Source: Amphiscolops sp. MND2022
Lineage: Eukaryota
Direction of reading: 5' to 3'
DNA: 64,000 nt
NCBI GenBank assembly: GCA_964187785.1
Contig: OZ076414.1
Coordinates: 4,402,001 to 4,466,000, forward strand
A program made the translations under genes and the position numbers. Position 1 is the stretch's first letter, and each line of letters opens with the position of its first letter. The notes beneath the pieces are model-generated. The model was not told the origin of the DNA. It saw only the letters and a program-made list of their open reading frames with translations, and made no database searches. Positions 33,681 to 48,224 of the stretch are shown here, one piece after another.

Positions 33681-36600
33681 TTAATTGTAATATGTTGCAA
33701 TACCAGATTTGGAGGAGTCGCGTATTAATTTAGGAGAAAAGGTTAAGGGAAAAGAGGATGAGCATGAAAAACAAATTTGGTATGGGGAAAGTGTAAGTTG
33801 AGATAGTGAGATGGTATGATTAATATTAAAGAGAGAGCAAAGGTGAGTCATATCTTGAATAATATATTCAGTACCTCGATCAGTGACGTGATATTGAGGA
33901 GGACCAAATTTAGTGATCCAATGATGGGGTAATGTTTGAATTGCATGAATGAAGGAAATTTGAGGAGCAGGGTTAGTAACAACAAAACCACTGAAAGCAT
34001 CAATTCTTACAAAAATAAAGGAGTTTCCTTGGGACGAAGGAAAATTAGTTCCTTCAGTGTCCATAGAGCTTTTATAGTAAAATGAGTTGCATTTTCAGAA
34101 AATGGGAGTGGCGGAGAGATATTATTAAGTTTAATGGTAAAACGCTTGTTTGTTTGGCATTTAATACAATCTTGATGGAAAGAAAAGAGAACCAAAAAGG
34201 TAGGTAGGTGAGGAAGATAGTAAAAATGGTTCAAAGTTTTAATAGAGAGGTTTTCACTCGTTTATAGTAAGTATAGAGGAAAGAGTTAGCTTTTATAATT
34301 GGAGTTGTTAAAAAGTGAGGTCTTTGTTTTTGTTTCAACCATTTATATACGGTGGTGAGGACAGGATCATCCTGTTGAGCTTGAAGGAAAATGAGTATGA
34401 TTAAAAAGGTGTCGGAGCGAAAAAAGAAATTTACAGTGACTGAAGAAGGAAGGATCAAAGATAGGTAGTGAACTTGTTGATGTAGACTTAATGGGCGTTG
34501 GGATAATAAAATCAGAAGGTGAAGCTTCGTTAAGGGGATCGGAGTCATTTTTGGATTTTAAAGTTAGAGACTTTTCTATATTGGTTAGAACATCTTGAGA
34601 GAGGTGAGAATCATCATAATGTTGGTGTTGAATTTCAGCTAGGAGAGAGTGGATAACATGAGACAATTGAGGTTGTTGTAAATGTTGGTGATGAACCTTT
34701 CAGTAACAGGATCATCATCTTCATACTCGACAGTTTCGTGTAGGAGAGGGTTTTCTTGGAGTAATGTTTAAACTTTATTCTTTATGGGTTTTTTTTATCT
34801 TATTCAAAAAGGATGAGACAGATGGAAAGGAGAATGAATCTAAAGGAGTGTAAGTAACAGTGTCTTAAAGATGGAGTGTGAATTGATCATCATCATAATC
34901 AACTAGGATTGGTTGGGAATCAGTTTTTTGAGTTGGTAAGACATCTTCGTGTTTGACAAGCTAGTGGATTTTTTTAAAATGAGATTTTGGGTTTGAGATG
35001 AATAAAGTCAAAATAAGGAGGAAGGGTTTTGTGTAGTGAATGAAACATTTTATTTGTAATTTGAGAAAAATCTCAGCTGAGCATATCAGCAACAGTTGGA
35101 TTTGTACCAGCTCGATTGCCTTTATGAGTGAAGAGGAGAGAAAAGTATAGGATTTTGATCTGAAAAACATTGATTGGGAATTTGGAGTTTAATGATAAGA
35201 AGTTCATATTTTGAAACAGCAAAGGCTATAGGGCAAATTGCACTATCATAGGTAGAGAGTTTTTGTTCTTGAGTTGTTAAAATTCGCGAATTATAAGTCA
35301 TAACTTGCATCTTATTATCGGTGTTGGCTGGGAATAATTTTGCAGCTATACCAAGTAGGGAGGCGTCAATATATGGTAATATAAAATGGGTGAGTGGTAA
35401 TAGGAACTGCAAGTTGAGTATGATTTGAGAGGGAAGTTTCCATTTCATTAAAGAGTTTGACTAACTCTGGGGTCCATTCAAAGGAAATATCGTCACGGAG
35501 GAGGGTATAAAAAGGTTTGAGAGAGATGTGGAGTTTGTTTATAAATTTGGAGTAAAGATCATTGAACCAATTAGTCGCATTAGTTCAGTTTTAGAGGTGG
35601 GGTTTCTAATTTGTGTATGCCATCAAGTTTTGAATGAAATATGTTTAATAGTGTTATTGGCACTTTCAAGTACAAGAAATTGGACAGTGAGGAGAACAAA
35701 AAAATTTCCCCGGAGCATTTTTAAGATTGATAGAGCTACTAATTGTTCAGTTAAATCCAACATGTGAGTTGTGGTGTGAGCACGATGGAGGATATCGTCA
35801 ATATGAACAATTGCAAAGCATTGATCTTTCAATTTTTGACAAAACTGAGAACATTTGTTCGTTTAAAAAATTTGGGAGTCCTTTAAGACCGTAGAATCCT
35901 CCATTTAAAGCATAGAGTTTGTCTCCAGAGGAGAAACTGGTAAGAGAAATGGTTTCTTCATCTAAAGGAACAAGTGCATAAGCATACATGATGTCAATTG
36001 CAGATTTGAGTTTTTTCATTTGCGCGTGCAAGTTGAGGAGCTAGAGTTTCAATAGGCCAAAATTCAAAGGATTATTCAGTGTAAGAGTTTAAATGTCGAG
36101 CGTCAAGAACTACTGGTACTGTATCTCCTTTGAGGATAATTTTAAAAGATTTTTTTAAAAAAAGAAACGGATTTATAAAAGGGGTTGAAGCCAATGTATC
36201 TAAGAATATTATGGTGTTCTAGTTCATCGAGAAGTTATATAAGTTTATCTCTATAATGGATTAGGACTTTAGTGGGTCGTTGAGTTTGGAGTTTAGCAAT
36301 TGGTTCGTGGCGAATTCTAAAACGAGTTGCTATTTTACCAAAATCATTACAAAATTGATATTGATTTTTCAACAAAATGGAGCAAAATTTTTAAAAATTC
36401 GTCATTAGTTACGTCAGAGTTTTGGTAGGATTTTGATGAACTTGGAGGAAATTAAAGGTGAAGTTGGAGCGAGTTTTGAAATTTGGATGTGGGGTTGATG
36501 GAAACATGATATCATTTTTAGAGGTGTGAAAGGTTATAGGGAGAGTAGGTTGAATTGGGAAGTGAATGACTTGAAAGGCGTTTGGTGTAAAGTATATTTT

Positions 36601-37449
36601 ACGTTTAACCTTAATTGTATAACTATAAGAGAAATATGTGTAGTCTTTTTCTTTGAGGGCTGCAAAACGAAGAGTATTTACGCGAGATTCATAAGGTGTA
36701 ATAAAACTGAGAGATATTTGTTCAATTTTAAGAGTGTTTACAAAAGTTTCAAAGAAAAGATTTCCGAAAAAGGTTATGTTTGATATATGCAACCACAAAT
36801 GGGATGACAAGAGTACGAGTACTTTCATGGATCGAGGTATGAAGTGTAAGGATTACAATAGTTAGAGCAGGAACGTCAGCTTTGTTAGCAACTGTAAGGG
36901 TTTTAAATTTATCGTTTTGAGGATTTGTTTCAGAACATTTGAGAAAGTGATCAGCTAAGATAGTTAAAGTGGGAAGATTTGAAACACAAAGAGAGGCACC
37001 GATATCTAGCAAGAATATAAGTTCTAAAATCGAAGGTAAAGAGTTGTCTTCAGGTGGTTTGAAAATGTAGAAACTCATAAAGCAAGTAGAAGGAGTGACA
37101 GCATTAGCTTGAATTTTTGAACCTTGAAAACATAAGGAGGTGTTTGGATGATACAAATAGATTTTAAAATAGGGTTCCGTTGAGGGAGAATGATGAATAT
37201 TGGGAGCTGGTTGTTGAGGAAGATTGATATTAGGTTTATATTGAGAATTAGAGTGATTTCTTGAGTTAGACTGAGATCGATTTCGATAGCGATCAGAACG
37301 TGGCTTAGAAGAAGAAAGAAATGGTGATTTATAGCGTCTAAAAGGGGAGTTATGATAGCTAGAGGACCGTTCACGAGAACGAGGGCAAGGTTTATATGGA
37401 CTACGAGATGGTGTTGAATTGTATTAGGGGCGAGAAGGATTATATGAGT
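33681..37449 (-). pseudogene. pol: pol remnant, duplicated copy B (PR, RT, RH, IN)
   Basis: LLDIGAS (36749-37156), GFYGLKGLP and VHIDD (35600-36200), YIDASLLG (35122-35448), RIDAFS...VTDRGTEY (33681-34064). Confidence 0.88.
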
Positions 37450-40400
37450 ATTAAGTTGGGAGTTGTCAGTGCCAATTAGGTGACGGATATTATTTTTGCA
37501 TTTCCTGGGGTCTAAAGTCCGAGGGCGTTCCATAGTATTTTGGTGGTAATCAGTACGATCATGACGGCGACACTTGTAATCAGATTGTGCACAAACGAAT
37601 TTTTCACGTTTGACAAGAGCTTCGTAAGTCCAAGCTTTGAGGCGTTTAGTTTTAGCACGAATAAAAACATTAGCAATAGCACGAGTGCTTAAGAATGCTG
37701 AAAGGGCTTGGTCACAAGCTAAACTGGGTTAAACTAAACTGGCGGAGGTTATGTTGTTTAGAACAGTGATAGTGAGAATAATAAATCAGAAACATGGGGA
37801 TCATTTGGTTTTACCATATCGGTAGAAGGATCAAGTGAGAGAATGAGGAAAAAATATATTTGAGGAGGAGGAAGAGGGAAAGACATGTGTGTTTAAAGCA
37901 GGAAATCATGAGAGAAAATAAAAACAGCAGTATGATTGGGGAAAGTGAATGTGTTTAAGAAAGTAGTGGAACCGTGAAGAGGACGGGACGGAGGATTGTC
38001 TCTTCCAAAAAGCTTGAGGTTAGTGGCAAAAAAAGGTGTGTGATAGATTTGAAATTGACTGTGGGATGAAAAAAATTGGATCAGGACGTAAGTTATGGAA
38101 TTTAGCAGTGGTTTCAAGTTTATTTTCAAAGTTTGTAGTGTCCAAAAGATGGAATTATTTTCGTCAGACTTATGTGTGTTTGAGTTTAATTTATGAGTGG
38201 CAAAGTATAACAATCAGGCATCTTGACGAAGACTAGAAGCAAGAGTGTTATTAACTATGAGAGGATAATCAACACTGTTGGGTGTGGGAGAGTAGAGTAT
38301 TGATCACTGGTGACGTCAATATTTAGAAGATGAGAGTCGGAAGAAAGAACACTTGAGTTTTGAGAAGTGGGTCTAGAAAAGAGGTGTCCGGTGTGAGTAA
38401 AGAAAAAAGTGAAGAACATTGGGAAAAGGCAACGCCAACACCAGAGGCGAGAGGAATTAGAATCAGATGAACGAGATTGAGCGTGATGTCTTACTAAAGA
38501 AGAATTGGTGCTTGCAAGAGAAGGAGAGAAGAGTGAGAGGGAGAGAAGTTACGAATTTTTCTAAGATTATATCTATGACGAGGTTGTCTACGGAGAGTAG
38601 ATTCAAAAGAGGAATATAAGATATTATCTAAGACTGGAATGGTGTGTTTAGAAACAGAATTACAAGGAAGCATTCGATGGTAACGAGTCAACGTCGCTTA
38701 ATTGATACTTTTCACTGAGTGTCTCGAAAGATTCAAGAACAGGATTTTTAACGGTTTAAGAGGGAAAGAGGAGGTCCGAGTTGAGAGTGTGGACAAGGTT
38801 TGGGAAGAGAAAGAGAAGGGTCAAATTGAGAGTGACTGCGACGGCCTTTAATGGAGGTATGAATAAGGAATGTGTTTTATAATTTTGAGATATATTATTA
38901 TTACGAAGGCGTAGTGGGTCAATGTCACTTGGATCAGGGACATGGCTATAAGAAGGAGGTGGAGAGTGAGTTGGAGTGATATCAAAAGGGTCCCTCAGAA
39001 AGAGGGATAGTTAGAGATTGTTGAGTTTGAAGGACAATAGGAGTCGATCGTGGAGTATGAGTAGGAGTTTGAGTTTGTGGAGTTAGAGTAGGGGAAGTAT
39101 TAGGAGAGGGAGTGACTGCGATTGAACTAAGAGGAGGACGATTTATTACAAGAGAAGAGGTTTGAGAAGAATTATTAGTACCAGTAGAAATCGAAGAAGA
39201 AACCGAAAAGCTTGAGTTCGTAGAACTAGAGGATAAAATAGCACGAGGATCCAGGTTGGAAAGAGGGAAGTATGATAATGTTAAGAGAAATGGTTATCGA
39301 GATAATAGTTGGAGAGACTACGTTTTTATATGAAGAAGTTTTTAAGGAGTGATAGACTTTTGCAAAGTCAAATCACAAAGATGATATTTATACTAGCATT
39401 TTTTGTACCGGCTTTTCAGTCAAAAGTTTAGAACAAATTGAACAGAGGGGAAGTAAGAAGATCGTTATTGCAATTAGAGTTGTCAAATGTCAAGCATAAT
39501 TAGGTGTCTAAACAGGAGACAAAGGCAAGTCTGACATTTGGTGCAATTAATATGTGGGTTCAATTTCAGGGGGGTAACTAATTAGAACTCGAGATATTGT
39601 ATTTTTTGAGAGGAAGGGATCGCAAAATTTACGGAGAATGGGGAGCTCGAATATGAGTGGGTAAAGTTCGATCAGCAGAAGAAGGCTCAAGTGTACAGTC
39701 ACGTAAATCAGAACCACGGGGAAACGTTATTGGAAAGCAGGTAGAATGATAGATAGGATTTTGAAGCATTTCAAAATCAGAGTCAGTAGAGTTGAAGGAA
39801 TCATCGAAATGATCCTGTGGAAGAGGAGAAGGAGAACGATTTTGATAAGTAGGGAAAGGTGAGAATTTGATTTTGATTGAGCAATGGGTTTATTAGAAGT
39901 GTGCCAGAGAAAACTTTCGAACGGAATATAATCATCAGTCACGGTTGGAGGGGAGTTAAAAATAAAAATTTTGGTAAGAAACAGTATCAGGAATTTTTGA
40001 AGAGAAGATGTTGAATGATATTGATGGTGATATAGGAAAATCATAGGTTCTTTTGGGTAGTAATGTAGAATATAGTTTCCATGAGTGTGGAATGTAGAAC
40101 CATCTCGGGCCGTAAATTCATAGGTAACATCAAAGAGATGTTGTATAAGTCTAAACGACCCGAATGAAGGAGTTTGTGTATATTGGAGAATTTAACAAGT
40201 TTGAAAGTGGTATGAATAACAAAGGGTGTGAAGAGGGAGTTGTTTCAAGTGTTTGGTTTCAGATGAAAAATTTTGTGAGTTTATTTCATTTGTAATATGG
40301 CGATGAACAGTAGATTAGATTTCTATCATCGCATGCTTAGTAGAGAGGAGCCATGGAGAAATAGGTGTGGTTATGAGTGAACGAAAAAATGGACTGCGAT

Positions 40401-40472
40401 CTTGATCACTATATTGTTTATGAGGAAAAAGTGAATTGCAGGTGAATTGATTTGGAGGAGTCGCGTGTTAAT

Positions 40473-43400
40473 TTACGAGAAAAGAATAATGGAAAAGGAG
40501 GATGAGCATGAAAAATACTGGTATGGGGAAGGTTTAAGTTGAGATAGTGAATGGGTATGATGAGCATAAGCATACATTTGAGTTTCGAATGACCAATTAT
40601 TTGGAGGATTTCGTGAGAAAAAAAGATTGAGGTGAGTTCCAAGATTTCGATTTTGGACATCGACTAAGCCATGTATCCGAGGGGAGTATGAAGTTCGTGG
40701 CGAATGATTATTATTAAAGAGAGAGCAAAGGTCAGTCATATCTTGAATAATATATTCAGTACCTCGATCGGTGACGAGATATTGAGGAGGACCAAGTTTG
40801 GAGACCCAATGATGGATTAATGTTTGAATTGCATAAATGAAGGAAACTTGAGGAGCAGGGTTAGTAACAACAAAACGACTGGAAGTATGAAATACTACAA
40901 AAATATAAGAATTTCCTTGGGACGAAGCAGATTTAGGTCCTTCAGTATCCATAGAGATTTTTTAGTAAATTGAGTTGCATTTTCATAAAAAGGGAGTGGC
41001 AGAGAGATATTAGTAGGTTCAATGGGAAAATGCTTGTTTGTTTGGCATTTAATACAGTCTTGAATGAAAAAAAAGTGAATCAAAAAGGTAGGTGAGGAAG
41101 ATAGTAAAAATGGTTCAAAATTTTAATAGACAGTTTTTCACTCGTTTATAGTAGGTATAGAGGAAAGAGTTAGCTTTTATAATTGGAGTTAAAAAGTGAG
41201 GTCCTTGTTTTTGATTCAATCATTTATATACGGTGGAGAGGACAGGATCATCCTGTTGAGCTTGAAGAAGAATGAGTATGGTTAAAAAAGTAAAAGAGAG
41301 AAAAAAGAAAATTTCAGAAGCTTTACAGTGACTGAAAAAGGAAGGATCAAAGAATGGTAGTGAACTTGTAGATGTAGACTTAATGGGCGTTTGGATAAGA
41401 AACTCAGAAGGTGAAGCTTCGTTAAGGGGATCGGAGTCATTATTGGATTTTAAAGTTAGAGACTTTTCTATATTGGTTAGAACATCTTGAGAGAGGTGAG
41501 AATCATCAGAATGTTGATGTTGAATTTCAGCTAGGAGAGAGTGGATAACATGAGACAATTGAGGTTGTTGTAAATGTTGGTGATGAACCTTTTAGTAACA
41601 GGATCATCATCTTCATACTCCACAGTTTCGTAACGGAGAGGGTTTTCTTGGAGTAATGTTTAAACTTTATTCTTAATGGGTTTTTTTATCTTATTCAAAA
41701 AGGATGAGACAGATTGAAAGGAAAATGTACCTAAAGGAGTGTAAGTAACAGTGTCTAAAATACGGAGTATGAATTGATCATCATTATAATCAACTAGGAT
41801 TGGTTGGGAATCGTTTCTTTGAGTTGGTAATACATCTTCATGTTTGACAATGTAGTGGATTTTTTTATTGAGGTATTGGGTTCGAGTTGAATAAATTCAA
41901 AATAAGAAGGAAGTGTTTTGTGTTGTAAATGACACATTTTATCTGTGATTTGGGAAAAATCTCAACTGAGCATATCAGCAACAGTTAGATTTGAACCAGC
42001 TGTGTGAAAAATTTGGAGATTTGAGAGTTTGGGTAATACCATTTGGGCTTCATATTGTCTTAGAGTTAGATTGCCGTTACGAGTGAAGCGGGAAAGAATA
42101 GGAGTATGATCTGAAAAAACAGTGATTGGGAACTTGGTGTCAAGGATAAGAATTGCATATTTTGAAACAACAAAGACTATAGCGCAAAGTGCACTATCAT
42201 AGGTAGAGAGTTTTTGTTCTTGAGTTGTTAAAATTCGCGAATTATAAGTCATAACTTGCATCTTATTATCGGTGTTGGCTTGGAATAATTTTGCAGCTAG
42301 ACCAAGTTGGGAGGCGTCAACGGTAATATAAAATGGGTGAGTGGTAATAGGAACTGCAAGTTGAGTATGATTTGAGAGGGAAGTTTCCATTTCATTAGAG
42401 AGTTTGACTAACTCTGGGGTCCATTCAAAGAAAATATCGTCATGGAGGAGGGTATCAAAAGGTTTGAGAGAGATGTGGAGTTTGTTTGTAAATTTGGAGT
42501 AAAGATCATTGAACCAATAAGTCGCATTAGTTCAGTTTTAGAGGTGGGGGTTTCTAATTTGTGTATGCCATGAACTTTGGATGAAAGTGGTTTAGTAGTG
42601 TTATTGCCACTTTCAAGTACAAGACATTTGACAGTGAGGAGAATATTAAAAAAAAGATTTTCCAGGAGCATCTTTAGGATTTAAGGAGCTACGAATCTGG
42701 TGTAATTGTTTGATTAAATCTAACATGTGAGTTGTGGTGTGACCAAGAAGGAGGAGATCGTCAATATGAACAATCGCAAAGCCTTGATCAATGAATTTTT
42801 GAAAAAGTTGAGTACATTTATTTGTTTTAAAAATTTGGGAGTCCTCTAAAGCCGTAGAATCCTCGCATGAAAGCATAAAGTTTATCTCCAGAGGAGAAAC
42901 TGGTAAGAGAAATGGTTTCTTCATCTAAAAGAACTTGTGCAAAAGCATACATGATGTCAATTGCAGACTTGGGTTTCTTTTATTTGCGTGTGCAAGTTGA
43001 GGAGCTAGAAGTTCAATAGGCCATGATTCAAAGGATTGATCGGTGTAAGAGTTTAAATGTCGAGCGTCAAGAACTACTGGTACTGTATCTCCTTTGAGGA
43101 TAGTTTTGAAAAGATTTTTTTTAAAAAAAAGGAATGGATTCATTAGAGGGGTTGAAGCCAATGTGTCTAAGAAAATTATGGTGCTCTAGTTCATCAAGAA
43201 GTTATATAAGTTTATCTCTATAATGAATTAGGACTTTAGTGGGTCGTTGAATTTGGAGTTTAGCAATTGGTTTGAGGCGAATTCTAGAAAGAGTTGCTAT
43301 TTTACCAATATCATTACAAAATTGATAATAATTTTTTAACAAAATGAAGCAAAATTTTTAAAATTTCGTCATCAGTTACGTCAGCGTATTGGAAGTATTT

Positions 43401-44736
43401 GGGAGATGGTTGAACATCTGGAGAGAATGCCAAAGATGGAAGAGAACGATGTATAAGTTGAGAAGGTTGTAAACTGATAAGTTCAACACTAGATCGTTTA
43501 AAAGAAGAACGGTGAACAGAAGGTTTCCGTTCAGAAAGATCAGTGTAGTTTGTATGAATTATGGTGTGTATCAAGGAGTTGACATCATTAATTTTATAGT
43601 GTGGTGGATTGTTATTAGTTTCAGGGACTTCAATATAATCAATATATCCAGGTGATAGTACAGCTGAATGATGAGTAAAGTTTTGAATAATGACAGAACA
43701 ACTACTGAATTCTGTTTTAGGATTTTGCCAAACTTGGAGGAAATTAAAAGTGGAATTGGAGCGAGTTTTGAAGTTTGGATGTGGGGTTGATAGATACATG
43801 ATATCATTTTAGAGGTGTGCAAGGTTAAGGGGGGAGTAGGTTGAATTGGGAAGTGAATGACTTGAAAGGCTTTTGAAGTAAAGTTGATTTTATGTTTAAC
43901 CTTAATTGTATAACTATAAAAGAAAGTTGCGTAGTTTTTTAGGGCTCTAAAACGAAGAGTGTTTACGCGAGATTCAAGAGGTGTAATAAAAGTGAGAGAT
44001 AAATGTTCAGTATTGGGGGTTTTACATATTTTTCAAAGAGAGGATTTCCTAAAATGTTGTATTTGATATTAGCAACCGCAAATGGGATGACAAGAGTACG
44101 AGTACTATCATGGATAGAGGTATGAAGTGTAAGGATTACAATAAACAAAACAGGAACTTCAGCTTTTTTAGCAACTGTTAGGGTTTTAAGTTCATCGTTT
44201 TGAGGATTTGTTTTAGAACATTTGAGAAGGTGATCAGCTAAGATAGTGAAAGTGGGAAAGTTTGAAACACAAATAGAGGCACCGATATCTAGCAAGAACG
44301 TAAGTTCTAGTTTCGAAGGTAAAGATGTGTCTTCAGGTGGTTTGGAAAGGTAGAAGTTCACAAACCAAGTAGAAGGAGTGATTGCTTTAGCTTGAATTTT
44401 TGAACATTGAGAACATGAGGAGGTGTTTTGATGATACATAATCATTTTAAATTTAGGTTCCATTGAGGGAGAATGATGAATATTGGGAGGTGGTTGTTGA
44501 GGAAGATTGATATTAGGTTTATATTGAGAATTAGCGTAATATCTTGAGTTAGACTGAGATCGAATTAGATAGCGATCAGAACGTGGTTTAGGAGAAGGAC
44601 GCAATGGTGATTCATATCGTCTAAAAGGGGAGTTATGATAGATAGCTAGAGGACCATTCACGAGAACGAGGGCAAGGTTTATATGGACTACGAGATGGTG
44701 TTGAATTGTAATAGGGGCGAGAAGGATTATATGAGT
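40473..44736 (-). pseudogene. pol: pol remnant, duplicated copy A (PR, RT, RH, IN)
   Basis: LLDIGAS, VVLDARHLN, VHIDD, ITVDASQLG, LVTDRGTEY...GLVDVQN; colinear with copy B. Confidence 0.88.
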
Positions 44737-45199
44737 ATTAAGTTGGGAGTTGTCAGTGCCAATTAGGTGACGGATATTGTTTTTGTATTCCCTTGGGTCT
44801 AAAGTCCGAGGGCGTTCCATAGTATTTTGATGGTAATCAGTACGATCATGACGGCGACACTTGTAATCAGATTGTGCACAGACGAGTTTTTCACGTTTGA
44901 CATAAGCTTCGCAAGTCCAAGCTTTGAGGCGTTTAGTTTTACCAGGAATAAAAACGTTAGCAATAGCACGAGTGGAAGGGCTTGGTCACAAGGTTGTACT
45001 GGAAAAGGAGTTTTGTAATTTTGATCATAACGGGATCGAATAAGATCATAATATGGAGAATGGTTTTCAGAAGGGTGGTTATGATTACATCATGGGCACG
45101 AATTTGAACGAGAGTGACAACGAGATTTACAGCGAGATTCTTGTGATAAGTTTCGTTAATGGTTACTATTTCTTCGACTACAATAACGAAGAGTTTAAG

Positions 45200-46083
45200 T
45201 ATCATTTTTATTAGAGAGTGTTTTTGAAATGTTGATAGAGGGAATGAGTAGGTGATTCAGGTTGGGATTTAGTTTCTTTCAGCATTTTGATTCTTCGAAA
45301 GCATGTTGGGACAGAATGATTACTTTCATGACAAAAGGAGCAGTATTTTTGGAATTGGGGTCTAGATTTAATATTAGGATCTACAGCTTGTATTTGTAGA
45401 GTTTCAGAAGGTTTATCGGTAATAGAAGTGTTTTGGTTAAAGTTATCGGAAAGAGTATTAATGTCCAGAGAAAGTTCTTGGGTTTTAATTTTTTCAAGTG
45501 TAATATCTCCGTAATCGACCATATTGACCAGTGAGTGAAAAAGAAAGGAAGGTTAAAGAGAACTTGAAATAAGTTTTACTGGCCGTTTAATGGCAAAACC
45601 TTTGAGATTTTTGGAAGACCACGAGCAAAAATTTCATTTCATTTAATGTTGATTGTGGATGGTTATTCATTAAACTAGCCTTGTTCGACAAGAGTTTCAA
45701 CATTTGAAGCATAAAGTCGAACGTTCTCCTTGTCTGTTTTAACCAGAGAAAGTGCATCGAGTTGGGAGAAACGAATTTTTTTGAGAATAAATTGTTCTTT
45801 GAAAATTTGGAGAAAGGAAGACCAATCGTTTTTATAAGTTTGGGAGAGGCGATCATACCAGTTAGAGGCAGTTCCTGTGAGGGAACAATAAAGAAGAGAC
45901 ACACGTCTGTCTGGAGTGCCAGGTTAAATATGATTGTATATCAGGGGGTTGAGGTCCAAGTTGAAATGTTAGTCGTGCACTAAGATGAACTAAAAACTTT
46001 TCAGGGTACATATGGTCCAAGCTATCAATAAGTTTAATAGGATCTGGAAGAACAGCAAACGTATCTGAAGGAGTCATTTGCAA
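45200..46083 (-). pseudogene. gag: gag remnant with CCHC knuckle
   Basis: SLTGTASNWYDRL...FKEQF (retrotransposon gag-like) and CSFCHESNHSVPTC. Confidence 0.8.
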
Positions 46084-48224
46084 AACTGGAGGAGGAGGTT
46101 GAGAAGTGATGGGATTGAAAAGATGAGTAGATGTTTGATGTGGTGGGCAAAAGTTAGGAGAAACATTAGGCAGCTGAAAAGACGCAAAAGGGGAAATAAT
46201 GAAAACCGGGACGCATAAGGATCATATGATGTAGAACCGGTGGTAAAGTAGATGTTGGAGGAGGATTTTGAGAGACGGGCGAAGGTAATGGAGGGTTAGA
46301 GTTAGAGGAGATATTTGGTGGAAAAGATGTAAGGGAGGAGTAAGATCGAGGCTGAGTAGTATCTGCAGAGATGGAAAACATCGGAATTGGAGGAATAGTT
46401 CGGGAATCTGAGAGGTTGTTTGTTGAATAGTTATTGGACTGGAATTCATCGGTACTGGAGTGTTTAAAGGAGTATTATAACGGAGTGCAGAATGAGAAGA
46501 GGTAGGTTGAGTTGTGATAGGTTTATTAGAAGATAGGAGAGATTTACTAGAAGAAGGTAAAGGAGGTGGATCAAGACTGAGAGCAGGATGACCAATAGGG
46601 CGTGTGTTCACTAATACATTAGAAGCATAAGCAATGGTTTGAAGTGAGATATCAGAAATTGTATCTGAAGTAAATGTTTGAGGAAGGTACGTATGGTCTG
46701 ATATAAGGAGGAAATTCAAGAAGTTTCTTAAAACTGAGATTATCATAAATGAGGTAGTCAAAATGAGTGATTGGGAAATCACGGAGATCAAAAGAAAGAT
46801 TCTGATTTTCAGAGGTTGCGATGAAAGGTAGGAAATCATCTTTAGAAAAGTGAGAAGGAAAATTAGTACCAGCGTCGTGGAATTGAGAATCCCAAATGAG
46901 TTGGTAGTTTTGGCCAAAAATTTTCTGAGAAACAAGCAGTAGATGCGAACTTGTTCTTTAGTTTGAGTGTTTAATATGAGATCTTGAGGGAAATTATATT
47001 GGAAAATGTGATTTTGAAGAATATTTGTAACAAGCCAATGATGAGGATTGTTTTCGAGAGTAAGGAGTAGTTCAATATTGGGGAGTTCAAAATATGGTTC
47101 TTTTGTGAAGAATGCTTGTATTGCAGATGGATTGAAAACATAATGAGGTAGATTGTTCTTCTCTGAGTGGTTTTTGAGAAAAGTTGTGATAACATGGGCT
47201 ATAGGAATATAAATATTGGAGGGGCAGATGTTCTTACGAGAAGTACAAGTAGAAATAAGAGGAAAGTGAATTGTATAGCGAAAGGAGGTTCACCAGGAGT
47301 TGATGCTAGAGAATGGGAATCAATGTAAAAAAGAGAGGAGTTGTGATATTCACGAATGAGGGAGGTAGTATAAATATCTTCAGGAGATTTCAGAAGAAGG
47401 AGGAACAATGGAGTTTTTGATAAAGTTTTTATGAAATTTTTTTAAAATATGTGCGTTTTCGCAGGAAAGGCGAGAACGGGATTAACCAAGAGAAAAATGG
47501 ATAAGAATAAGAGGAGGAGGTGTATCAGCCAATATGAATGACGATGAGGCTGAAAGATACGTGATATACGATCGAAGAGATTGGCAGGATCAACACGTGG
47601 TTCAGGAAGAGGTGGAGGGTTGGTAAAAGGATGGAGGTTTTGGCGAAATTCAATGTAAGAGGGAATGAGTTTACGGTAGAAGAAAAGGGAGGCGAGTATT
47701 GATTAAACAATAAGGGAATTATTCTTAATAATGATGAAGTGTGCAAAAAAAGTGAGAAAGGTTAAAATAGATTAAAATTAGGTCAAATAAAAAAGGAAGT
47801 AAAAAAATGGTGTGAAATGTTGGAGTGTGGAAAAGAAAAGGAGGAATGTTGATAAAGGAGATTGATTTTTAAAAAAAATTAACGTTAGTTGGAAAAAGTG
47901 GTGATTGTTTTTTCTACAAGAAGCATGAAAAAACAAGCATAGCAAAAATGTATGAGACAAAAAGAACCAAATAAACATGATTTCAGTTAAGAACTTTGAT
48001 TTAGAGGTGAAAACGTTATCAAGTAATGAAATCAATTGTGTATTTGTTGACGACAAGAAAAACAATTGCAATAAAACCATAAAGATACAATATAATCATG
48101 GAAGCACAAACGGAATCATTTAGATTAAGCATTGCAATTGTTTACAAAATTAAAGTATAGGAGTTGCAAATGTACCGGCAAAATGTTGAACCAAAAAGAA
48201 TGTTTCGTTGGTACAGAAAAAAGA

